Positions 24,116 to 35,717 of a stretch of 64,000 nucleotides of DNA are shown here, piece by piece. This DNA is from Geosiphon pyriformis uo1. Taxonomy: Eukaryota; Fungi; Glomeromycota. The stretch spans positions 186,001 to 250,000 of the forward strand of contig JAAOMT010000276.1 of NCBI GenBank assembly GCA_016748015.1. The letters run 5' to 3'. The translations under genes were made by a program, and so were the position numbers. Below the pieces are notes generated by a model. That model was given only the letters and a program-made list of their open reading frames with translations, made no database searches and was not told the DNA's origin. Within the stretch, counting starts at the first letter, position 1; each line of letters begins with the position of its first letter.

Positions 24116-27100
24116 GACAAAAGAGTTGTTAGTTAAAGAAATGTTGATATATTATTAACAAGAAAAAACAAAAAAACTTCTTTTCTCAATGTGCTATTTC
24201 AGGAATTTGGGATATAAGGAAGAAAGAAGTTATTTTGTTAATTTAATTTTGTAATTATTTAAAGTGTTTTTTTTAATTCAAAAATATAAAATACCAATAA
24301 TTTTAAGTATTTTTTTAAATAAAATAATATTTTTAATTAAGAATTATTTTTTTAATAAATTTAATTAACAAATTAATATTAATTACAAATAAGTTTTAAA
24401 ATAATTTTATTATAATAATTCAAGTATTTAATATTATTTTTATTATTTCTTAGATATTAAATATTTTTTATTAATAAAATCTCAAATTTCGAATTTATTT
24501 TTTTTTAATATTAAAACTATTATTTATATATATATTTGTAATTTTATAAAAAAATTTATTATAATATTTTATTTTTGTTATTTTAAAATAGTATTTATTA
24601 TTATTATAAAATTATAATTGTTATTATTAATTAATAATTGCTATTATATGAAATTTTATTAAAATTACTAGTGTATTAATTTATAATTGATTAATTTTTT
24701 ATGTTATTTATAATTTTTTTTAATTTTTAATTGATTAATATTTACTATATAGTTTTTAAAATTAGTGTATTAATTTTTTAAATAATTAATTAAACTTGTT
24801 TTATTTTTTATGTTATTAAATTTAAATAATATTTAAAATATACAATTATTATTTTTTAATTTAAAATTAATTTATATATAATTATTATTAAAATTAATAT
24901 TAAAAAGTATTATATCTAAAAAAAAATTCTGTATATTAGTTTTGTTTTAAATATTAAAATTTGTATTATTTGGTCTTTAATTACAAAATATTTTTTTTTA
25001 AATTTGTTGTTTATATTAAAAATTTTAAAATCTTGTTTTATTAAGATAATTTTTTATGTAAAAATTATTATTTCTTTAATTTTTTTATCTATAATTATTG
25101 TTTTTAATTTTATAATTAATTTTAATTTAATTTTTTTAAAATATAAGTTGGCTAAATTAGTTATGCCAATTAAATTTATTAGTTTTTAGTTTTTTAATTA
25201 TAAAGTTAATTAATGTTTTTTTTGTTAAATACTAAAATAAAAAAAATTTTTTATAATTAAAAAAAATAATTAATAATTTAAGCAAAAAAATAATTAATTT
25301 TAAAATAAAATAATATATAAATAATGTATTTAATATTAATATATATTAATAACAATTCGAATTTTATTTTAATAAATTTTTTTTGCTAAGATAATTATAT
25401 AATAAAAAATACAAATTTTTAATATTGAATTAAATATTAATAAAATTATAACATAATTAATTGGTTTAGTTTTTAATAATAAAAATTTAATTATAATTAT
25501 GCATAAAATAATTGTATTATATAAGTTTGTTTTAGTATATTTATTATAGTTTAATTTTGTATTATAATAAATAGTAAAAAAACTACTTATATTAAAATAA
25601 ATAGTAAAATATATTTTTATTTTTAACAAAAATTATTGATTAAATTTTTATTTTTAAAATAAATAAATAATTTAATATTTTATTTTATTTTATATTATGC
25701 ATTTAATAAGTATAATCCAACCACTATCTAAAATTATAAAATCATATAAGTTCTTATATTAAATATAACTTATACTTTTTTTATATATAACTAACTATTC
25801 AGGCCAATCAAAACAATACTATGTACTTAAACTACTTACAACTAAAAAGTCATGCAAAAAATCAAAACATATACTAAACAAACAAAGATGTAAACCAAAA
25901 CAAACATAAACACCTAATCTAATACCAAAATCATAAATTATTTTAAAAAATTACAAGAATATTAAACCAAATATAGCTAATATTATGAACTTATCATATG
26001 GTAAGAGATCATATTTTTTATAATGCATTTTTAGCTTAGTAGTTAGCAACTACATAATAAATTTGTGATCTTTAGCAAAGTTCTAAATTAAATTAATACT
26101 AATAATATATTATTAGAACTACTACCCAATAAATGCATCATATTAGCTACCTACTTTTTTATTATAAAATCTTTGACTAGTAACATATATATATAATTAG
26201 AAGACTTAGTCTTATGCAGAAATTAGATTATTACACTGGCAATAATACATGTACTTGACAAATCAGTCTATATTTTAATAGTTTTTAAAATTAAATTCTT
26301 TTTAATGCTATTATTATGGATACAAAAAAATATGTAGTCAGAGTCTTTAACCAACTTATATTTAATATACAATACACTAGAATAACTCAAAATATATAAT
26401 CTTTTTTTCTTGGCTATAAGTAAACAGTAATATATGGTCTTTATAAAATAAGACCAAAAAGCTGCAAAAACAGAGCTGGTAAAACCAGATTAAATCTGAT
26501 TATTAGAATGCTACATACCAAATGTCTTACTTATATTAATCATGTTTTATAGAACATTATCTACAGTATTATTAGCATATTTAAAATTCAATCAATAAAA
26601 CTAATAATTTCAAAAAAATGTCTAATAAAATAATAGGTGCTTTTAGAGACAAATCTGTTTTCAACAATTAAAAAACAGCATAGCATTTTAACAGGTAATA
26701 TAAGATTAAACATGGTGGCAGCATTGGCAAAAAAATTAACACACTTATTGCCAACAATCTTAAAATAATTTTTGACTTTAATAAATTAAAAAAATTTTTG
26801 ATGTAATAATCTGGTAAATTTGTTCTCTTTTTATCTAATATTTAACACAAAAATCAGAACTAACAATTTTTTCAATCAAAACACTCATATCTAATAATGT
26901 TTGACTATCTATAAACAAAATAACTGAGCTGGATACTAAAACACATTTCAAAACAAAAGCAATAGTTTGTAGTTTTATTAAAGTCAAAGAAAACAAGTCA
27001 CATATTTTAACTTTCATACTTATATTAATGTTCAGAAAATAAGCAACAATATTACTGTAAGCACAAACAGATCTCAAACTCTTAATTGAATTATCTATAT

Positions 27101-30100
27101 AAACAATTATATTATTTGACTCATTTTTTATAAGACACTCACTAACATAACCAAATTCACTAAAGCAGTAATCAAAAAAAAGATAAGAAGTCAAAATACT
27201 ATTATCAACCAAACTGCTGTTTTTAATAAACTTAGCCAGCAAACTAAACCAATTAGAAATCAAATTCTTGGAATCCAGTCTTTTTTATCTGCAAAAATTG
27301 CTTTATATAAAACATATGCTATAATAATCCAAAAGTTGGTTTGCAAAAATAATACCAAATCTTTTTAGCAAGCTTATTACATTTAAATACTATTCTAAAC
27401 CTAAAACATCTATAACAGTAATATTACTATTAACTCAAAAAACATTTGGCAGATTATTGCTCAAGAATAACCTACACATTGTCAGAGTGTTGGTTACATT
27501 AACCAGAAAGCAATTCATGGAATTAATTGACAATATGGTCAGAAAACACAGAAGTTGTTAAAGTATTTAGTTAACAATTTGCAAATTTATAGCTTTGTGT
27601 TTGAACAATCTGCCAAAAATACCATTTAAGTTGGCAAAGACTACCAAATTTGTTAAAAAATTTTCAGTTTACATCTGCTTGAATGTTTTAAAACTATACA
27701 ATTCAGAATAAAAAATGGCTTTATTGAAAAAATCTTTAAGTAAATTGGTCTTAAGCTTAAGCTTTTTCCTTAATATTTTGTTTTACTTTTTACATATATT
27801 TACTAAAACATGACTAAACTGTAATCTGTAACCAATTATTGGCTACAAAACAGCAAACACCAGATACAGAAACTGTTTATTAGATACAGCTTTCTATAAA
27901 ACCAGATTTGTGAAAAATTTGATATCTGAATAAGTTTTGATAAGATTTGGTTTAGAAAGACCATTAGTAAACAAAAAAATACCCCAGTATTTATGAGATT
28001 TATTCTTCTTAGCTATAAAAATATTCAAACTACTTATCAACAAATAAAAAACTCTTATTCTTTGATTAATAAGTATAATAATTGTTTTATCTATATTAAT
28101 AAAAATATTATTGATTTAAAAAAATTTATCAGTTATGTTCAGAATATACTAAGTAATAAACATGTTATTCTCAATCCAAATTGTATTATCTACAAAAATA
28201 TCTGCTACTAAAAAAAATGTTTTGTTACTCCAGAGATTTTGTTTGCCAGTTTATGTAAAAATTTTTAAATCTAATCTGTAGTTATATAAATTGTCATGTC
28301 TTTTAATTTCACAAAGCAAGAGATCATAAAAGATTCTTCACAGTAATAACAAGAAGACCTTATTCTGATCTAGCTTATTATGAACAGTATACCTTTTAGT
28401 GAATCCAAAATCTGTTATTACTTGGTTGGTTTGATTATTATATATACTCTTAAAAAACCCAATAAAACAGAAACACATCTTAATCTTAATTAAACTGTTT
28501 TTTAAATAATCTTATTAAATAGAATTGTATGTTTTATGTATATCCTAGAGAACTGGCTATAGCTTTTTGTTCTTTTCCAATGTATTTTTAATAACAAAAC
28601 CAACAGCAAAAATAGAGATCTGAGTGAACATGACTTTTAAAACTGAAAAATTTTTATCATATAAAACATCAAAATTACTATAAATCAGAAAAATCTTATT
28701 TAAAAGAATCTTAAATAAGATTTTTCAGATTGTTTTAATTAAAGTTATTGGTCTGGTATTTATAAAAAAATTTTTTTAATTATATAACTTTGGTATTATA
28801 GAAATTTAGACTCTTTTCTACTGTATGAAAACTGTACTTAACATTAAACACATATTGAAAATATTCAACAAACCACTTAGAATCTGTTTATTATCATGTT
28901 TTCAGAGCTCATTAGAGATATCAAAAAAACCAATGGCTTTTCCATCAAATAGATTTTTGACAACTTTTAAAAACTTATCAAATTTAATATTACACATTAT
29001 TTTTAAGAAAGCATTATCATTGATATGCTTTAGAAGCATATTGATTAAACTATTAATTAGATAAAACACTATGCATTACACATTTTTTCATCTATTTTTT
29101 TATAATTGTGTTAATTGTAGATTTAATTTTACATGGCTCTAGAATTAATTTATTATTAATTACCAAATAGTTGAATATTATTTTTTAAAATGGCCAATTC
29201 AAAACACTTTTAATCATTTTTTCTTTATTAGAACAAAAATTGTTTATATATCTGTTTATAAGCTTTTTAATAAGATTATCTTTGACAATCTTAAATTTAT
29301 AATACTTAGATTTATGATACTTTTTTTGATTTTTGACAAATAACATAGAATTTTCTCTAAATTTTTGCTCTTATTAATTATAATACACACTTTAAAGACT
29401 TTTTTTATTAATGATAATCCAGATATTAATGAGACAATTAGTTTTTAAATTTTGATATGATCCAAGCTTCTCATAATTTTGGCCACTAATAACTTTAACT
29501 TGAAAAACTTTAATAATTGCATATTTTTAAACATTCAAAATTACTAAACCAAAATTGAGAAAATACTTTATTAGTAGAGCTTACTACTACTTTTTTTATA
29601 ATTTTTTACATAATATTTAAATTACTACAACTTCTTGCACTATTGAATTCAGTTATTTTTTTCAAAAATCTGTTTAATGAACACACTCTGAACTATGATT
29701 ATTTATTGTTATCAGCATTTTTAATTCTGAACTTCTATTTATTTTTATTAGCCTATTTATGATCATTATTAAAATGAATATTTAAAAGACTGCTCAAGTC
29801 AATTGCAATTGAAACTGCTTTGTAATTGGTATTAAAAAACTCAAACACAATATTAACTTTATGATTACTATAAATATTAATTTTTGGTTTACAAAAATAA
29901 AATCAATGATTTTTTTGATGTCTTTGGAATTGCTTCAAGTAGAAGTCTTGAATAATAAATATTTACTAAAAGAGTTGATTAATCTTAAATCTACACAAAA
30001 TCTGAAATTTGCACTCTTTTTTAAACCATTTTTATTGAAATTTCTATCCAATATCACAAAAGTACTGAAGTTAACTATCTTGGTAATAAAAGAATTAACT

Positions 30101-30802
30101 TTCAATATTTGGCCAAATCTAATCTCAATAGAAACACCAGCATATAAACCCAAGATTATAACTAACAATTTACTCTTAAACAAAAGTTTTATTAAAATAA
30201 CTTAACCAGAAATTTTTTCTACTTTAAAAACATATTGAGCCAGCAAATTGTTCATAATAATAGCCACTCTAGCACCAAGAAAACTTTTATTTAAACCAGA
30301 CATAAAGATTCACACTTTATCAAATTTGCTTATAATCTATAGTTTGATATTAGACTTTAAATTTGTTTTTGTAATGATTAAAACCATATTATTCAAATTT
30401 ACATACTAACAAACAATGTTTTCTTGCTTAGCAGAGATATTAAAACTCCAAATATTACAAGTTAGAAACTTTCAAACTAGATTATTTATTGAAATAAAAA
30501 AAATATTAAAAAATCTGAGCTAGTGTACAACTGATCTAATTTCATTAAAACTGAGTCAACAGATGCTTTAAGGACTATTAATTTCGACTATAGACTGTTT
30601 ATCTTAGTGGTTAAAATTTTTGAACTATTTAGACCCAACACTGAGGTTTTAGCTTTAACCAGAAAAAAAAATAGAAGCAAAACCTGCAAATTATTCAAAA
30701 CCATATTTGAATTCAAATTCAGACTAAACTGATACATCTATTAGAATCTAAAAAAAAGAAAGAGAAATCATTGGAACCAAAATCATACTGCTGAGTTTAT
30801 GT

Positions 30803-31814
30803 TGTTACCAGTAGAATTTTAGCTATTAATTAGCATAAAATTACCCTTATAATTCCTATAATTAATTAGTATATTAATATTATTTCAAATTATTATTTAT
30901 TATTTAATCAATTATCACATATCACGATTCAATTAAAATAATCTAATTAGTATAACAGAAAGTAGGATGATCAAATTACACAATACCCTGAACTTTGTAA
31001 CATTCTAAAATTCGCCAAAATTTACAGAAATTCACTGAAATTTATAAGAAATTCGCCGAAATTTACAGAAATTCGCCGAAATTATGAATAGTTCACCCAA
31101 ATTAATCAATAGTTCAGCGAAATAACTTGTAGTTCATCAAAATGTATCTTTAGTTGCCGAAATTTGAGCAAAAAGAAAAAGTGCAAGTTCATAGACTAGT
31201 ATTACAACAAGTTGTATAAAAGAAGAGCTTTTCTCTTCAAGAAAATGTATCTTACTTTAGATTTATTTCTTAAAACCATTCCTATACACACAAAAAAAAA
31301 TAAATATCAAATAATTCGAAAAACCAAATTCTTTAATTATTGTACTTGAAAAATCCCCAAAACCCAACTAACATTTCGAAATTGATTAGCTACCAATTTC
31401 AGTAAACTGTTAGTGACTCCAGGCCTGGATAGAAAACGTTTCCCTTAACAGAATTCTATTTCTTTTACATTTCTTTTATTTTTCTTTTCTTTTCTTATTA
31501 CAATTATTAGGGTAGCCTACAGACAAGATTCCTGTAGAAGAGTTAACTTTCACAGCAAAGTAACTACACATTTTTAGTGAGCTTTTAGATGAGCAATTCC
31601 TGGGAAAAAGTTGACGTTTACTACAATGTAACTACATAAAGTAACTGGCAAGAAATTGGTCATTCCACTTATAAGCCCAGTAGTTCAAATTATAGGAGAT
31701 AATTTGAAGAGAAAATTCAGTTACTGGAGGTTCAACCACATTCAGAAAACGTGAATTCACAGCAAACAGATATCAACAACATTACAGAAAAGAGACCAAA
31801 AACTTCCAGTAACA
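30803..31814 (+). mobile_element. Solo LTR related to element A (1012 bp)
   Basis: TGTTACCAG...GTAACA ends; perfect 4-bp TSD ATGT (30799-30802 and 31815-31818). The 3' two-thirds is near-identical to the A LTRs, while the U3 portion is more diverged. Confidence 0.93.
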
Positions 31815-32446
31815 ATGTAAAACACTAAAAATTTAATTAGTTAGCAGTTCTAAAGAATATTCTAAAAAAGCCAAATAAGCATACATAGAAGAATTATTCA
31901 ACAAAACAAATAAAGCTTTTCTATTAGAATCTAAAACACTTAAAAAAAGAAAACCAAAATTAAAACCAGATAACAAAGTGCTAAAAACAAAAACCACCAA
32001 AACTACCAGAGTCTATAATTTGCCACTAAAAACAGCAAAACAAGAAATGAAAACATTTTCTTTAACATACAATTTGGCTAACTAAAGACAATTTTTATTT
32101 GAAACAACTTTCTTAAATACTTTTATAGACAAAAAAATAGAGGAGTTAAAAGTGTTACATTCTAAAGAAGAATGTCCAAAATGTCCACATTTTTTACAAC
32201 AAATCAAATTCAGTTTGACCCAAAAGAACTTAATATTACTAAAAATATACTCTGTGTAAAAAGCAGATTTTAATATTTTATTTAATTCAAAACCAATAAC
32301 AGCATAGTAATTCTATTGTTATTTTCAAATGATCAATTGATGACACATGTTTTTTTACCAGTCTTCTCAACAAAAGTACCAATATTATAAGCAATTGTTT
32401 TTACTGGCAAAGTAAACAAAAGTGCTTTGAATTAATTTTTAGATAT

Positions 32447-33510
32447 TGTTACAGGTAAACTTGGTGGGTATGAAAAATGGTAACATTTGGTGCTCTCAAT
32501 TATGGATGATGCATCTTCTGCGTAATTCTGTTGGCTTAGTCTTGATTATCAGTCTCTAAAAGTCTATTCTTGGATGTGAATTTACCCGTTGAGTTCTTTG
32601 GTTATAAGGCACAGAGTTTGTTTTTTGTCGATTACAACGTTTTTTGTAAATATGAGCTTTCTTCTCCGAGCTAACGAGCGCAGTCGTTAAGATCTGGTGT
32701 TGTCTTTTCACCCTTCTGGTAAGCTAACAAGATAATGTTAATATCCAAAACTTAGGAGGAGCTTCCCTCTTTTACCAGGCTATCACAAAGTTTATTCCCA
32801 GACAGTCGATTTTACTATATTGCCACTCCACAAAAATAAGACAGAAAAAGAAAGAAAAAGAGAAAAAAAAGATAAATTAGTATCATCAATTACCGTGATC
32901 AAGAGCGATTGGTCCAAATTGTTAATAGGTTCAAAGCGGTTATGCTAAGAGCATCTGTCCTAGAACGGAGGTACAAGACAAGGGTTAATTCATGTAAATT
33001 CCATGAAGTTCGAGAACATAAATTCATGATTCTGATTTTTTTTTAATAATTGGTTTATTTCAAAAGATGAAATAGGGAAGATAATAAAGAATGAAAATGT
33101 ATAGATATTTAATTCTTATTTAGAGATTTGTATTTATCTGTCTGTCTTTTCTCACTTCTATAACTACTTGCTTTTATACATTCTTTTGGTTTTACAGGAT
33201 TGCTTTCAATTGTTTTGCTATCGCTAGCTATTGCTTTGTTGTTTCTGTTATTGCTTCGTTTTTCTACATTATCACTAGTTATTCTATGTTATAACACATT
33301 ATCTGATGTTATTACATGTTATTCTGTGTTATCCTGCATTATAACATGTTATCCTACGTTATTGTGCACTATTCTGTGTTATCCTGCATTATAACACGTT
33401 ATCCTATATTATAATATATTATTCAATGTTATTGTGTGTTATTCTGTGTTATGTCATGTTTTGGTCACGTTTCTTCATAACTTTGGATCAGTTTTTCTAT
33501 TTGGGTAACA
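32447..33510 (-). repeat. 3' LTR of element B
   Basis: Direct repeat of 41518-42581, preceded on the - strand by the purine tract AAAAAGAGAGGGA. Confidence 0.95.
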
Positions 33511-33524
33511 TTATCCCTCTCTTT

Positions 33525-34259
33525 TTAAAATTGAGCTTCTGTAAAACTGTATGTATTTGTTATTGTGGCTTTGTTCATGTAATGTTCGATTGTTGCCTCG
33601 AGTATTGCCTTTTGTAGGTCTTTGAACTGTTGATTGGTTATTCGTCCTATGTTGTTAACTATTATGGTTTTCATAAATCCGTTCAGTAGTATGTTTGAGC
33701 AATGTTGAAAGATGGCATATAGTCAGTATGTTGCTTTGTAATATAGGGTCAGGTTGTTTTTCCTTATAAATTTTTCTACTTGTTGTATTGCTTCTTTGTT
33801 GAATGTTTTCTGGCTGAGGTCTTTGTATAGTGTTTTCAAGTCAAGCTGTTCTCCAATTTTGTAGAACCAATAAGCTGGAGAAAGTCTTTTTTTCCATTCC
33901 TGGGCATTGTCAGGTGTCCACTCCCCTGTTTTGGGGAGTTCGGTCCTACGAGCTAAAGCTTCTTTTATTTCTTTAAGCTCGGGGACCAAGTATCTTCTTT
34001 TGTAACCTTTTTCTTGTTCTTTGCCTCCTTCTTTTCTACCTTCCACTTGAAGGCAATTTTTCCTCCAACATTGTCTTTCGGGTGGTGGGTAGAGAAGGAA
34101 ATGTTTAGTTCTAATTGAACTCTTGTCCTCCCCTCTCCTGCTCTTATCTTTGTACCGTATCTCTTTTTTATCAATTGTTATTTCTATTTGAGATGTCAAT
34201 TTTTGAATTGTTTCAAATAATTGTTTAGATAATTTTAAAATTTGATCTGAAAGGTTCAT
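33525..34259 (-). pseudogene. Element B ORF3 (~244 aa, one internal TGA)
   Basis: MNLSDQILKLSKQL...YWFYKIGEQL...NKEAIQQV...YKATY*LYAIFQHCSNILLNGFMKTIIVNNIGRITNQQFKDL...SFTEAQF*. The stop abuts the PPT. Confidence 0.8.
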
Positions 34260-34339
34260 GTTGAAATTTCTATCGTTTTTTGCTGCTTTTTGGATGCTAT
34301 ATATATTTGAATTCTCCAATTTAATTTGCTGTCCATTGT

Positions 34340-35707
34340 CTACGTTTTGATAACAATGATTGGTTCCAGATCTTGTGGTATATCTTCTGGTCTGATTAAT
34401 GAAATTTGTGTTCCTAGTTGAGGTACTGATGACAATGATTCCTGTTTTTCATGATAAATTTTTAACCAATTTCCATGCACTACTTTCTTTAAAATCCTGT
34501 CTTCCAATCGTAATTTGTAAGCTCCATTTCCTAACACTTCATGTATGTGGAATGAACTGTCTCACTTTGGGTTGAACTTTCCACTCCATTGTTTCTCAGC
34601 TTTTGTACGATGTAACAGTACTTGGTCTTCAATCTTGAATTCCATTGGTTGTTCTGATAGGTGTTTATCATGTCTTTTTTTTTGTCGTTCTTGAGCATGA
34701 TTAATATTGTCAGCTGCTGTTCTTCGATTGTTTTTCAACGTTTCTATTAGCTGGTACGTTTTTTGGTGTAAAGTAGCTTCAAAATTCTCTTCATTGATTG
34801 TTTCTGTTGGGTATGACAGTATCACTTGTTCAATTGGTAACATAGCTTTTTTTCCATAGACTAGTTTAAACGGTGTAAACTGAGTCGTATTTTGTTTCAA
34901 TGTTTGGTATGCAAAGAGTACAGAAGGTATAAATAAGTCCTATTCTTGTTTGTTTTTATGACTTATTTTTGCTAGTGCTTCGCACAGTGTTCTGTTAAAT
35001 CGTTCTACCAGTCCGTTTGTTTGTGGATGATATGGTGACAATAAAGGTCTCTTTATTCTAAACCATTGGCTTAATTCAGTCAGCATATTATTAACGAAGT
35101 GTGTTCCTTGATCAGATAATAATTTTTTCGGACATTCATGTTGGCAAATTAAGTCTTGATGCACAAATTTGGCTACTGTTTTGGCATCAGCCACTTGGAT
35201 TGCTCTGGCTTCTGGCCATTTTGTAAGATAGTCTACAGCTATAGCGATATAGCGATTTCCTTGGGATGTAACTGAAAGAGGTTTAACCAAGTCAATCCTA
35301 ATTCTATCAAATGGATTTCCAACTGGAATGGGTCGAAGTGGTTCTGTTGATCTTGCTCCTCCTCTTCGCTGGCATGCGTCACAATTGAGCACATATTTGA
35401 AAATGTCTTTGTATATCATTGGCCAATAGTATAAGTTTAGTGTTCTTTCGAGAGTAGCATCTTTGTTAAAGTGTCCTGCAGTCAGATCTGAGTGCACACT
35501 ATATAATATAGTTTCTTTTTTACTGTTCTTGATTAGTTATTGTGGGTTGGGGTGGTTTTGGCATTCTCGTCAATATAGTTGGTTGTCTTGAATAAAATAA
35601 TTTCAGGCTTGTTTTTATATGGTACTTTGTTCCTGTTGAGATAATATTTCTTTGAAACATAGTGTTAATAGGTACTGATGTAGTCGTTGATAAGTGAGTG
35701 TGTTCAT
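34340..35707 (-). pseudogene. Element B integrase
   Basis: ATG MNTLTYQRLHQYL; HSD..GHF...CDAC; IDLV, VDYLTKWPEA, SDQGTHF, YHPQTNGLVERFNRTL; tail LEPIIVI. Confidence 0.9.
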
Positions 35708-35717
35708 GGGTCTGGGA

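Larger units (their letters stand above)
7430..24230 (-). mobile_element. Full-length LINE copy 1 (~6.8 kb net), interrupted within RT by Gypsy element A
   Basis: Poly(T) at 7430-7439 is the tail. ORF1 and ORF2 fragments are collinear. Removing 10155-20151 restores RT 'RVMIDFSLSDGYNVHDGLDQGE'. The 5' boundary is approximate. Confidence 0.9.

Noticed and set aside
25004-25629. Ile/Phe/Lys-rich ORFs in AT deserts (also 52100-52315)
   Set aside because: Compositional artefacts of AT-rich DNA.
33200-33394. Hydrophobic Cys/Leu-rich ORFs in B LTRs (also 42187-42465)
   Set aside because: Antisense by-products of the T-rich 10-bp repeat array.
33525-34259. ORF3 as an envelope gene
   Set aside because: No signal peptide or transmembrane anchor is visible, and it is short for Env.
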